A stretch of DNA of 64,000 nt from a virus (lineage: Duplodnaviria; Heunggongvirae; Uroviricota; Caudoviricetes): the IMG/VR virus record IMGVR_UViG_3300027797_000011; one strand, given 5' to 3'. The notes under the pieces were generated by a model, which was given only the letters and a program-made list of their open reading frames with translations, did no database searches and had not been told where the DNA came from. The position numbers and the translations under genes were made by a program. This document shows, in pieces, positions 20,150 through 29,981 of the stretch (positions are counted from its first letter, which is position 1; every line of letters starts with the position of its first letter).

Positions 20150-20442
20150 TTTGTTTCCTTAATTTTACTTTTAGGTTGTGCAGGTTCTATAGTTGGACGT
20201 TTAGGGGTATTAATTTTTACTTGACTTAATGACAGTTCTTCGTCGGATACTGTCCTAGGATCATTGTCATAATATTCTGCCAAAACAGATTCTCTAGTTT
20301 TAATAATTTTACCATCTGGGCCTAGTTCATCGCCTCGAGCATTAACACGTACATTACCTACTGCGGGCATGGTCTCGTGTTTGGCCATTAATGCTTCCAT
20401 GTCAATTTCTTTACCCTGCATTGTTTTATAAATTCGTTTCAT
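20146..20442 (-). CDS. hypothetical protein (98 aa)
   Basis: ORF track. Confidence 0.5.
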   Translation of the reverse strand: MKRIYKTMQGKEIDMEALMAKHETMPAVGNVRVNARGDELGPDGKIIKTRESVLAEYYDNDPRTVSDEELSLSQVKINTPKRPTIEPAQPKSKIKETK

Positions 20443-20451
20443 AATTTCTCC

Positions 20452-20973
20452 TTATTTTAGGAATTCTTTAATATCTAGCTCGTATTTGATACTGTTTATT
20501 TTATGAACACCTATTAGGTATAGCACGTAACTGGCTACACTACTGCCTCGCCCTACGCCCCATACTATTTTGTTTTCACGCATTGTGTCAACTAAGTATT
20601 TAAGGTACTTTAACAACGTGATCATATTATGTTGGGCAAATAGGTCTAGTTCTTCTTTTACCCTAATCTGTGCAACAATATCCGGAGCCTGCTCTAAAAC
20701 CCAATTTTTAATATCAAATATTTTATAGTTTTCGGGCATATACCAGATATCCTGTCTAAGACTATCAGCAAACTCCATGGTATAATTAGGCTCAGTATAT
20801 TGATGGATTTTTGGAATATGATCTGCATTAGTACTCACAGACGAATTGAACTGCACTACATCGGATGTATTTTGTAAAAAGATATTTTCAAAATCTTGTA
20901 GTCGTCCGGAATACAAAGACTCAAATGCTTCTTTGCTGTCTAAAATTACATTACCGTATTTGTCAATATCCAT
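20452..20973 (-). CDS. DnaE (Pol III alpha) palm-entry fragment homolog, 173 aa stand-alone
   Basis: C-terminal EELDLFAQHNMITLLKYLKYLVDTMRENKIVWGVGRGSSVASYVLYLIGVHKINSIKYELDIKEFL follows the DnaE consensus ...ELxVIxxMGFxxYFLIVxDFIxxxxxNxIxVGPGRGSAAGSLVAYxLGITxxDPLxYxLLFERFL. The ORF stops just before the catalytic PDxD region. Confidence 0.55.
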   Translation of the reverse strand: MDIDKYGNVILDSKEAFESLYSGRLQDFENIFLQNTSDVVQFNSSVSTNADHIPKIHQYTEPNYTMEFADSLRQDIWYMPENYKIFDIKNWVLEQAPDIVAQIRVKEELDLFAQHNMITLLKYLKYLVDTMRENKIVWGVGRGSSVASYVLYLIGVHKINSIKYELDIKEFLK

Positions 20974-21004
20974 ACTGACAGTATAACAGGTTATTTGAGC
21001 AAGG

Positions 21005-21247
21005 TCAATTAACTTTGATTAGATCGCCGAGATCTTTATTTTGATTGTTTCTGGTTTTTGTAAGAAGAGCATGACTTCTTTTTAGTTGTTCTTGTCTAAG
21101 TGAATCTAAGATAACAACAATTTGATCACACATAATACCTTGACCAAATCGAGCCGCCGTATGATACTTTTGAGAAAGATCGATTATTTTATTTTCTAAT
21201 TCGGAATCTTTTAAAGTTGACGGATCAGCTAATAACGGATGATACAT
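21005..21247 (-). CDS. hypothetical protein (80 aa)
   Basis: ORF track. Confidence 0.5.
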   Translation of the reverse strand: MYHPLLADPSTLKDSELENKIIDLSQKYHTAARFGQGIMCDQIVVILDSLRQEQLKRSHALLTKTRNNQNKDLGDLIKVN

Positions 21248-21248
21248 A

Positions 21249-22115
21249 TTACCATGCGCCTAATGAAATTCGACTCCACATGTTTGTGCCTGTGCATATA
21301 TAGAAATATCTAGAGTCGGCGGTAATAGTACCAATACTGCCAGTAGCGGTTGCACTGGCCGGAATGTCACCGGCAACCCTAAGATTGCCTGAGAAAATCC
21401 AATTGCCAGTTGTTTTTACTGAAGAAGTAGCATCATCTAATATAATGGTTGCTATCGTTGCAGTTACTCCTGAGGGACTTTTGTTGAATTTGATATAAGA
21501 AAAATCAGGGCTACCGAGGCCGGCGCCTGTATCACTTGCTGTATCTAATATTAATGCAGTTCCGTTATTAACACCGTTTGCTCTTATATAGATTCCTGTT
21601 TGATTAGTTACAGTTGTTCCTATGTATACTAACGATGTTCCTGTTTGTCGATTTGTTACGCCAACCGAAAGAGAATTCCTAAAAGTTTTATGACCTGGGA
21701 TAAGAGCCGTAAGGGTGAAGTTAGGCTGTCCGTATGTTCCACTAAATGTTATGTCCGATGTAGTTGTTATCGCTGTAGGAGCAATAGTTCCAGTAGTCAA
21801 AACAGCAGTCCCACTAGAAACCATTCTTCCGGAAACATATACATTGCCACCAACAAACAAGTCTTGTCCGATACCAACACCACCCCAAGTTACCAACGCA
21901 CCGGTTAGTGTTGAATATGCTTGAGTCTGATTTTCAAAAATGCTAGGTTCACGCAGGTCTGCCTTTTGTGCTTGCAGTATACTAATTTCACTTGCTGCCT
22001 GAGTTAGTCCCTGCTTAATTGAGCTAAAATTAGTTCTAAATCCTTGACTATCGTTGTCTCTTCCTGGGATTGGATAAGTGGTGTCAATTTTACTAGGGTC
22101 GATTTGGCTGGTCAT
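21249..22115 (-). CDS. tail-fibre-like / receptor-binding protein, Ser/Thr/Gly-rich (288 aa)
   Basis: Composition; C-terminal YFYICTGTNMWSRISLGAW resembles the C-terminus of 33852..34799. Confidence 0.55.
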   Translation of the reverse strand: MTSQIDPSKIDTTYPIPGRDNDSQGFRTNFSSIKQGLTQAASEISILQAQKADLREPSIFENQTQAYSTLTGALVTWGGVGIGQDLFVGGNVYVSGRMVSSGTAVLTTGTIAPTAITTTSDITFSGTYGQPNFTLTALIPGHKTFRNSLSVGVTNRQTGTSLVYIGTTVTNQTGIYIRANGVNNGTALILDTASDTGAGLGSPDFSYIKFNKSPSGVTATIATIILDDATSSVKTTGNWIFSGNLRVAGDIPASATATGSIGTITADSRYFYICTGTNMWSRISLGAW

Positions 22116-22120
22116 TGTTA

Positions 22121-25100
22121 TTATACCTCTCTATTGGGGAATAGCAAATATTTAGCAACAGAATTGTCCAGGGTGTTTAATACAATTAACCTATCAATAT
22201 CGAAGTTAATTGTTTTAAAATCGATGCCATATGCTTCAATTCTTCTAATTATTGTCTGGCTATTTCCGGGCAAACAATAACACAACGGCATGCATAATAT
22301 TCTTCCTAACGGGATGCCCGAAGAATCTTGTACAGTTCTCATGAATTTTGGCAATAGATATTCGTCTACATCTGCAATTGATTCTAAAGCACCCCGCATG
22401 TTATCTATACTATTTGGATATAAAGTAGTATTGTCATATTCTACCGATTCGCTAACAGTTTGTCCAGAATCGCTAATCATGTTATCGGTTAATTTAACGT
22501 ACACAACTTCGTATATTTTATTTCCGGTATTATCTAGAGCAAACGCCGATGTTAATTTACCAAAATAAAGTTTTCTTCTAGAAAAATAATTTTGCATAGC
22601 CGCTACATAATCACCTAGATTAAGTTGCTCTATTCCGTATTCAAACACAAACTCTATTTTAGATTGTGCGCCAAATTCTGGATCGTACGGTCTATATAAT
22701 AAATTAGGATCGAATATATATTGGTCAGTGATAAATGTATTAAATTGGTCTCGAACTGCACTAGACAACAATGGTTGAAATAATATTTGTGTATATCGAG
22801 ATCCAGTGTATGCCAAAACATTAATCTTAAATGTTTTAACCAGTTGGCTCGATGAATTACTGTCAGTTGCTCTAACTGTAATCGTATATGTTCCTGCCGA
22901 AGTTCCGTAAACTACTTTACCCTGAATAGCACCATCTGTAGTAAATGTTAATCCCGGAGGTAATGTTCCTGATTGTAATGCGTATGTGATTTTTAAGTAG
23001 GTATCTTCATGGACTGATTTTATGCTTAATTCTGATTGTTCGCCTGGATATACTGCACCGACAATGTCATTAGTGACCCATGTCATTTTGCTCAGTACAG
23101 CTCCTAAAATTGTTAGACTAAATGTTCTATCTCTAAATTGTGTTTGGTTCTTAAGAATATTATATTTAGAAACTCTAACTTTAAATGTGTATGTTGTACT
23201 ATACGTAGGAGAATATTGTATGCGACCGCTTATGCCGCCGGTTGTTGGATTTAATTCTAATCCGGGCGGTAATATACTGGAGTTATTTTGATTAACAATA
23301 TTCCAATCATAGGTAATTGTTCCTGCACCAGGATCGCAGTCGTATGTTTCTAATTGTATAACTTGATATGTTCCTGATCGTACTGATCCCAAATTAGCCG
23401 GAGTCATCCATTGCGGCGGCACGGGATAAGTTCCGTTAGGTATTAGTGTTGTTGGATCATTAACATCTATGGCATATTGTGCTTTAACCTTAGCAGATCC
23501 GTTGGCCGCAGTTAAGGAGAATTGATATACTTTATTAACATAACGTCCACTTACACCAAATGCCTGTTGACTTTCGTGTTCGTAAGGATTAATATCATAC
23601 CCTTCGGCATCATAGGTTCCGTTGGAACCGGCCCTATAAAATAAAGTAAGAGAATCTTGAACTTGTCCGTATAAGTGTCCTGTTTGACTAAGAGTTAGTC
23701 CAGGCGGTAATTGTCCTTCACCGTCTTCAATATAAAACACAATTGGTTTATTTGGAGCCAATACATCGTATGTTGCTGTAAATTGGAAATTAACAAACTG
23801 TCCATTGATTAGAAAGCGTTCCCCACTCGGCCCAATTGTAGGTTTTGGTCCCGGTGTTGTTATAACTGGCGCTGTTGGGCCATTAACGTCGATATAGAAT
23901 TTTCGGTCAGCTACACCATGGGTATTTTGTGCTCGAATAACAAATGTTGAATTTGTAGTTTGATATACAGATGTTGGAATTCCGGCAATGTTTCCCGACG
24001 ACGTAGTCAATGACATACCACTAGGTAATGATCCAGAAATTAGTCGGTAAGCTATATTATCTCCTGATGCATTAATAGTTCTGCTAGAATAAACTAATTC
24101 AGTGGCAGTATAGATAAACCCAGGAGGTGTGGTCCATACAGGAGTTGGAAGTGGTTGTTGTGGAGCAACAATCGGTGCAGTAAATTGTTCACTACCTTTA
24201 ATAAAGTTAATTTGATAAATTGTTCTTGAAATTAGGTCACCTGCAAGCACAACTACTTTTACAATATTGCTTCCTGTTTGAACAGTGATAGGAAATGACC
24301 AATTTTCCGGAACTATACCTAATGTATCGATGCTAACTTGAGCCTGAATATTATCAACAAACGATTTAATAGCAACAGTACTTACTGAGCTCGGAATGTT
24401 TACAACATATTGTGTTATATCTTTGTTAAATGACGGTTCTAAAAATCCTGAATTTACATGGATGTTTTTTAGATACGAATTTGCGCTACCTGTCTTTGAA
24501 AGATTTATATAATAACTTTGTTTAGTAATTAAATCTTCTGCGGTTATTGTAATAGTAGCAGTTGAATTGCCCACTACTACAGGAATATCTTGTGAAAATT
24601 CGCCCGATGTAACGCTCACACCATTAACTTTGATAGTTGCCCGTGTAGACGATTTGAACGGTTTAATCTTTATAGAAGAAACATCGTATGTAAAATTAGA
24701 ATTGTAAACAGTTACCGTTGAATTAAATGCAGGGTAATAAGATCCGGTGCTTAGTTCTATACTAGTTAGATTGGTAGAAGTGCTGAACCCTTCGGCCGCC
24801 CGCCCAATAAACACATTATAGGTAGTAACACTATCTCCCGAGTTTGCTCTAACAACAATTGGTATACGAGTAAGACCTACAGGTATTGTAATAGGATCAG
24901 AGAAAGTACCGGACGCTACTCCAACATTGTTAACTGACACGGTTGAAGTTGGATCTGTTACAAAAGGTTTAAATTGGAATGGAGTTGTGAAATTATATGG
25001 AAGGCCAATAAAATAATCATTAATATTAAAACTAAATGCAGGGTCTAATGTACCTACATTTAATATTAAATTAGTAAGAGTTGAAATATTGCTACCAACC

Positions 25101-27952
25101 CTGGTAATATATAATGTTGTTGTATTAACATAGGACGGGTCAGCCGCAGTACAGACAATACTGATAGTGTTATTACCAACCCATTCAATTTTATTTGTGA
25201 GAGAGTTAACGTAGTTATAACCTATAAGTGGCACAGTAGTAGTTGCACCTGAAAGTACTGTTGATCCGTTAATTTTTAATGTAGCTCCTACGTCATTTGC
25301 CACAACAAATATATCTGTTGATGTGGTAAAGTGCGAGGCATAGCTGGTATACGTGTTTATATCTTGAACAAATCCTTCTTGGAGAGTAGGACTCTGATAC
25401 AATATACCCGAGGTTATATCAACAACAGATAATGAATTATCGTAGTTAGCAGAACGATTAACAGTTAATCTATATGTAGAAGTAGTTATACTATCTTGAG
25501 CAAGTACTACAGTTCGTATAGTGTTAGTTCCTATAGATAAAGGAATTGAACCAGTTGATTGGCCGGACAGTACAGATATATTATTAACAGTGACAGTGGC
25601 GTTACTTTCTTCTACTGTGGGAGTAATTTTTAACGATGATATTGTATAACCAACATTTGCAGAATAACTTGTGACCAATGACTGGAACTGCGGAGTTAAT
25701 ATTGCATTTGTTACAAAATTAGAAAGACGAGAGTTAGAACTGCCCAACCTTCTAACAACCACATTGTAAATATTTTGTGTAACATTATCTGGTGCGGTAA
25801 CCGCAATAACTATATTGTTATTACCAACTAGTAGATTAATAGGTTCTGACGTGCGCCCCGGAGGTACATTTCGATCATTAACTACCACATACGAATATTC
25901 CTGAGAAGCTGTAGGAGTTACGTTTATAGTTGATATGAAGTTAGTTACAGTAGCAATATAGTTTGTTATAGTTGAACTAAACGCCGGAGCAAGTGTACCT
26001 GATGAAAGTAACAGAAAACTTAATGTTGCTGTACTGCTAAATCCTCTATTAATAGTTATTCTATAAAAGTGCGTGGTTGATTGGTCTGAAGAAATAATTC
26101 TAACATCAATTGCATTAACACCTAATTTTAAATTAATAGGTTGTGATAATATTCCTGACTGTGCCAATATTCCGTTGATGTATATAGTTCCAGCGGTATC
26201 AATCGAAGTTGCATTAGCTCTAACAGTGGTTATGGTATTGGCAAGATATGCTGTATAGAAAAATGTGTTACTATTGAAACTTGCAGTAAACGATCCTACA
26301 CTAATCGAAAGAGCTGATAATAATGAAATATTACTTAATCTAGAAACGTTAATAGTATAAGTTCGAGTAGTTAAATCCTGTGCAGTAACAACAATAGTTT
26401 CAACATTTCTTCCATAAACTAGATCTTCAAGATAGACAAGACCAGAAGTTGCAGTATTTCCGTTAATGGCAATTGAAGCAAATTGGTTTGATATTATTGG
26501 AGTTATTCCTAATTTGCTAACTGCTGTATCAACAGTTAATGAATAGGTAGTTACTGTGCTTCTAAATGCAGGAAATAATGTGCCTGCATTAAATGATAAA
26601 CTTTGTAAAGCATTGTCGGGACTTTTTACTCGGTTGATACTTATAGTATATGTACTAGTTGTTCTGTATTGAGAAGTTACCCTAATGGTACTAGTAGTGT
26701 ATCCAACGGGTAATTGTACAACTGGTGTTGCAGATCCGGATGTTACTGTTGTTGATGTATTAAACAGGATAGTAGAATATATACTTGCCGAAACAGGAGT
26801 AAATGTTAAACTAGTAGTAAGATTACCTACCGTTAATAGATAATTTGTTATAGTTGAATTAAAAGTAGGGGAAAAAGTCCCAGCACTTGCAGTTAGCGAT
26901 GATAGAGATGAGTTATTGCTATCCGCAGTTAACGCCCCATAAAAATAAGGACCAACCAAATATGGAAAGGTTGGAGTACCGTTAGAATCTTGTGTGGCAA
27001 AATATGCATAGGTGCCTAAAGGATAGTCCGGAGTTACACAATATCTTCCATTGTATAGATCTAGGGTAACGGTGTTGCTTGTTAAATAATCCCAATCTTC
27101 GACTAATGTTCCTAAATCAAACGATGCATTAATAACTTCACCTGTACCAATTGACACGGGAGTGTTAGTATATATATTGGCACCAATAATTTTTGTAACC
27201 TTAGTGGCAGTTGTGATAGAATTGCCGGTTATGGACATTCCCGGCACTATACCTGATACACTATAAACTAAGAATGATGTAGCCGAAGTTACTGTTCCGT
27301 TAACAACTAGTGTTCTTGCGGCAGGCCGATTAACTTTAGATGTAGTCCTGTAACCCGAAACCATTAGTGTTGCTGTACTAGAAGCACTTACTGGATTAGA
27401 ATATCCGTATGGACCGTAGATAGGGTATCCGTCTAACGCCCAACCTAATATTTTGCTATGACCATCTGATTCGACATATCCGGAAGTTCTATTAGAAATA
27501 GCACCCCAAGAATCGTCATTGATAAATCTTGTATCGACATAATGGTATATGCCTGAGATATTTGGGCTTCCACTGCTAGAGTCTTCGCCAAATATTTCTG
27601 CGTCAACAAAGTTTACGGTCCAGGTTGTGCCATTGCTTCCCCCAGTGCTAATTCCTGCGTTTGGGCTAAAAAATACAACACCTATAGTACTAACACCTAA
27701 TATACCATATGGTACCTTAGAGTTTGTTCCGGACGTTGGCAGATTTTTACCACCTCTATACGGCCAAGCATAGTTAAATCCTTGGGTTTGTATAGTATTG
27801 GCGTTTAGTGTATTAGGAAAGGTGCCGTAAGTAGCAAGCCCTGGTAAACTTTGTGTAACAATATTCCAGGATGTTGACCCTGTTGTATATGTAACAGTTA
27901 ATTGACCAGGTACGCCGTTACCTGAAAATGAATGAGAGGGATTAAACGACAT
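22121..27952 (-). CDS. giant adhesin / tail fibre (1943 aa) with N-terminal He_PIG-type Ig domains and at least 9 cadherin-like beta-sandwich repeats
   Basis: Repeated LSxLxxSxGTLxPxFxxxxTxYxxxV units of about 90 aa (LSSLTASAGTFSPTFNSTITNYLLTV, LQSLSFNAGTLFPAFRSTVTTYSLTV, and others). He_PIG-like YRLISGSLPSGMSLTTSSGNIAGIP. Confidence 0.8.
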   Translation of the reverse strand: MSFNPSHSFSGNGVPGQLTVTYTTGSTSWNIVTQSLPGLATYGTFPNTLNANTIQTQGFNYAWPYRGGKNLPTSGTNSKVPYGILGVSTIGVVFFSPNAGISTGGSNGTTWTVNFVDAEIFGEDSSSGSPNISGIYHYVDTRFINDDSWGAISNRTSGYVESDGHSKILGWALDGYPIYGPYGYSNPVSASSTATLMVSGYRTTSKVNRPAARTLVVNGTVTSATSFLVYSVSGIVPGMSITGNSITTATKVTKIIGANIYTNTPVSIGTGEVINASFDLGTLVEDWDYLTSNTVTLDLYNGRYCVTPDYPLGTYAYFATQDSNGTPTFPYLVGPYFYGALTADSNNSSLSSLTASAGTFSPTFNSTITNYLLTVGNLTTSLTFTPVSASIYSTILFNTSTTVTSGSATPVVQLPVGYTTSTIRVTSQYRTTSTYTISINRVKSPDNALQSLSFNAGTLFPAFRSTVTTYSLTVDTAVSKLGITPIISNQFASIAINGNTATSGLVYLEDLVYGRNVETIVVTAQDLTTRTYTINVSRLSNISLLSALSISVGSFTASFNSNTFFYTAYLANTITTVRANATSIDTAGTIYINGILAQSGILSQPINLKLGVNAIDVRIISSDQSTTHFYRITINRGFSSTATLSFLLLSSGTLAPAFSSTITNYIATVTNFISTINVTPTASQEYSYVVVNDRNVPPGRTSEPINLLVGNNNIVIAVTAPDNVTQNIYNVVVRRLGSSNSRLSNFVTNAILTPQFQSLVTSYSANVGYTISSLKITPTVEESNATVTVNNISVLSGQSTGSIPLSIGTNTIRTVVLAQDSITTSTYRLTVNRSANYDNSLSVVDITSGILYQSPTLQEGFVQDINTYTSYASHFTTSTDIFVVANDVGATLKINGSTVLSGATTTVPLIGYNYVNSLTNKIEWVGNNTISIVCTAADPSYVNTTTLYITRVGSNISTLTNLILNVGTLDPAFSFNINDYFIGLPYNFTTPFQFKPFVTDPTSTVSVNNVGVASGTFSDPITIPVGLTRIPIVVRANSGDSVTTYNVFIGRAAEGFSTSTNLTSIELSTGSYYPAFNSTVTVYNSNFTYDVSSIKIKPFKSSTRATIKVNGVSVTSGEFSQDIPVVVGNSTATITITAEDLITKQSYYINLSKTGSANSYLKNIHVNSGFLEPSFNKDITQYVVNIPSSVSTVAIKSFVDNIQAQVSIDTLGIVPENWSFPITVQTGSNIVKVVVLAGDLISRTIYQINFIKGSEQFTAPIVAPQQPLPTPVWTTPPGFIYTATELVYSSRTINASGDNIAYRLISGSLPSGMSLTTSSGNIAGIPTSVYQTTNSTFVIRAQNTHGVADRKFYIDVNGPTAPVITTPGPKPTIGPSGERFLINGQFVNFQFTATYDVLAPNKPIVFYIEDGEGQLPPGLTLSQTGHLYGQVQDSLTLFYRAGSNGTYDAEGYDINPYEHESQQAFGVSGRYVNKVYQFSLTAANGSAKVKAQYAIDVNDPTTLIPNGTYPVPPQWMTPANLGSVRSGTYQVIQLETYDCDPGAGTITYDWNIVNQNNSSILPPGLELNPTTGGISGRIQYSPTYSTTYTFKVRVSKYNILKNQTQFRDRTFSLTILGAVLSKMTWVTNDIVGAVYPGEQSELSIKSVHEDTYLKITYALQSGTLPPGLTFTTDGAIQGKVVYGTSAGTYTITVRATDSNSSSQLVKTFKINVLAYTGSRYTQILFQPLLSSAVRDQFNTFITDQYIFDPNLLYRPYDPEFGAQSKIEFVFEYGIEQLNLGDYVAAMQNYFSRRKLYFGKLTSAFALDNTGNKIYEVVYVKLTDNMISDSGQTVSESVEYDNTTLYPNSIDNMRGALESIADVDEYLLPKFMRTVQDSSGIPLGRILCMPLCYCLPGNSQTIIRRIEAYGIDFKTINFDIDRLIVLNTLDNSVAKYLLFPNREV

Positions 27953-28027
27953 ATTTCACCCACCAAAAATATCTACATTTTGAAATCATAAAGGTATTTA
28001 CCTAAAATAGTAAACCTTTAAATAGGA

Positions 28028-28852
28028 TCAAATAGCAAACAATTCTTTTACTTCTTCTCGAACATCATCGTACGGTACAATGTTAATTGCTTGATTTTGG
28101 AAGCTATCTAAAATAGTTTTAGTAGCAGTTAATATATCAAGTCCTTTACTTTGCAGATAGTAAAGTTTATCGAGATTTAAGTGATCTGTTGTGGAACCTA
28201 AGGAAGATACAACCTCGTTGCAATCGGTGTAAATGTCAGGCCTACTGCGGCATCTACCGTTTTCTCCTATTATAAAGTTTCCGCTTTCAATGTGTGCTTC
28301 ACTACCCTCTGACCCTTTATCGAGAACAGTCATCCCTTGAAATACTGTTTGACTGTCCTTTCCGGCAACTCCAAGAATAATCTGATTACTACTAGAATCA
28401 ATATGTTGATGAATAATCTTTGTAATAATTTCAGTGTCGCCGCCCACGGTATTCATCATAAGACCATACGAATTAAATTCAGCACCTTCTTCTAAATATA
28501 CTTGGATAATGTGTTTGTTGAATTTTCCGTTTTTAACAAACATTCCAAAATTGATTCCAGCGCCTTCCGCTACATGAATATCGTACAAAAATACCTGTTG
28601 TAGTTTATGATCTGCTTCGTTAATTACAATTAAATCCAACTTACCCTCGGGCTTAACTTGAATCTTAATATGTTTTGCTAACAATTCCTTTTCTGTAGGA
28701 TTTTGCCGCAGTACCATAGTATTGCTGTGACCTTCTGCAAGCTCAACGGTGCTAGCCTCAACAACTTTAAACTCTTTACCAAAATATTTTTCTGGGGAAT
28801 ATTGCCAATCTGGGTCGCCTTTTTCAGCTTTGAGAAAACTGTGAATAGCCAT
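28028..28852 (-). CDS. sufD: SufD/SufB-family Fe-S cluster assembly protein (shortened, 274 aa)
   Basis: C-terminal CRSRPDIYTDCNEVVSSLGSTTDHLNLDKLYYLQSKGLD aligns to the SufBD signature SRPELEIYADDVKCSHGATVGxLDxxQLFYLxSRGI. Confidence 0.65.
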   Translation of the reverse strand: MAIHSFLKAEKGDPDWQYSPEKYFGKEFKVVEASTVELAEGHSNTMVLRQNPTEKELLAKHIKIQVKPEGKLDLIVINEADHKLQQVFLYDIHVAEGAGINFGMFVKNGKFNKHIIQVYLEEGAEFNSYGLMMNTVGGDTEIITKIIHQHIDSSSNQIILGVAGKDSQTVFQGMTVLDKGSEGSEAHIESGNFIIGENGRCRSRPDIYTDCNEVVSSLGSTTDHLNLDKLYYLQSKGLDILTATKTILDSFQNQAINIVPYDDVREEVKELFAI

Positions 28853-29591
28853 CTTCTATTATCCTTTTATATAATTCTGGACCACCATGTTCTTTAATTT
28901 CCCCGTCTACAATAACATGCACATGGGTAGGAACAATCATGTCTAAAAATTGTTGATTATTTGTAATTACGGCCATTGATTTTTTACCATCTACATAGCT
29001 GTTTAAAACGGCGCCTAATATCTGTAGGTCTTCTTCCTCTAAATTAGAATCTATTTCATCTATAATGACAAAATCTGGATCTAACATCAACATCTGAAGA
29101 ATTTCGTTTTTCTTAAATTCTGATAGATTCATAAAATCGTAATCCATCATCGCATCCCCATGCCCTGATGGTAATTCGAGCATAGTACACAATACCTTAT
29201 AATCTTTTTCTAATTCGTTTTCGGAACGAGTATCTTTCTTGGCTTTCATCATAGCTTTAATTAGGTCTATGTTTCTAAGCCCGTAGATTTCTGGAGGATT
29301 TTGAAAAGTTGTGTGTATACCTAACTTTGCCCTATCCTCACAATCTAATCTAGTTATGTTTTTATGTTTAAAAGTAATCGATCCCTCAGTTTGAATTATT
29401 GAAGGATGCCCGGCAATTAAATGAGCAAGACTGCTTTTGCCAGAATGTTTAGGGCCCAAGATTGCATGAATCTCGCCCTGTTTGATGTTTATTGATATAT
29501 TTTTTAGTAGGTCTTTAGTATCAACTACCGCAGACACGTTTTTTATTGTTAGCATTGTTTTTATTATAAAGGTTTCAAACTCTCTTGTCAA
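28824..29591 (-). CDS. sufC: SufC-like ABC ATPase
   Basis: Walker A ILGPKHSGKSSL. The region NLSEFKKNEILQMLMLDPDFVIIDEIDSNLEEEDLQ matches SufC [36 protein letters not shown]. 255 aa. Confidence 0.75.
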   Translation of the reverse strand: MTREFETFIIKTMLTIKNVSAVVDTKDLLKNISINIKQGEIHAILGPKHSGKSSLAHLIAGHPSIIQTEGSITFKHKNITRLDCEDRAKLGIHTTFQNPPEIYGLRNIDLIKAMMKAKKDTRSENELEKDYKVLCTMLELPSGHGDAMMDYDFMNLSEFKKNEILQMLMLDPDFVIIDEIDSNLEEEDLQILGAVLNSYVDGKKSMAVITNNQQFLDMIVPTHVHVIVDGEIKEHGGPELYKRIIEDGYSQFSQS

Positions 29592-29647
29592 AAATTATGA
29601 TCATACTATGATCGATCGCCGGTCCTCCTTTATGTGCTAATCAATTT

Positions 29648-29676
29648 CTTGATGAAGTATTTATTCGCGGGTAAAT
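29648..29676 (+). promoter_or_regulatory. candidate sigma70-like promoter for the plus-strand gene 29709..29981
   Basis: TTGATG, 17 nt, TAAATA, about 30 nt upstream of the AGGAA RBS. Confidence 0.3.
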
Positions 29677-29708
29677 AAACACATACATTTTTATAAGGAA
29701 ATCTTAAA

Positions 29709-29981
29709 ATGGAATATATCATTGGTGTTATTTTTATTGCCTTAGTAGCGTTCTTTTTTCTTAACAGAAAACAGATCGAGGTAATCGAGGAAGTTAAAGC
29801 TGTAGAAAAAGCTGTAGTTGAAGAAGTTAAGGCGGTTGAAGCAGTAGTTGAAGAAGTAGTAAAGAAAGTACGTAAACCACGTGCTACTCCTGCTACCTCG
29901 GCTGCTAAGAAGCCGGCCACTAAGAAGCCAGCCGCTAAAAAAGCTGTAGTTAAGAAACCTACTACTTTAAAGAAGGCGTAA
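29709..29981 (+). CDS. small membrane-anchored protein with VEEVKAVE repeats and a histone H1-like Lys/Ala/Pro basic tail
   Basis: RBS AGGAA 9 nt upstream. N-terminal TM IIGVIFIALVAFFFL. C-terminal AAKKPATKKPAAKKAVVKKPTTLKKA. Terminator follows. The overlapping minus ORF 29630..30016 looks like a mirror artefact. Confidence 0.6.
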   Translation: MEYIIGVIFIALVAFFFLNRKQIEVIEEVKAVEKAVVEEVKAVEAVVEEVVKKVRKPRATPATSAAKKPATKKPAAKKAVVKKPTTLKKA

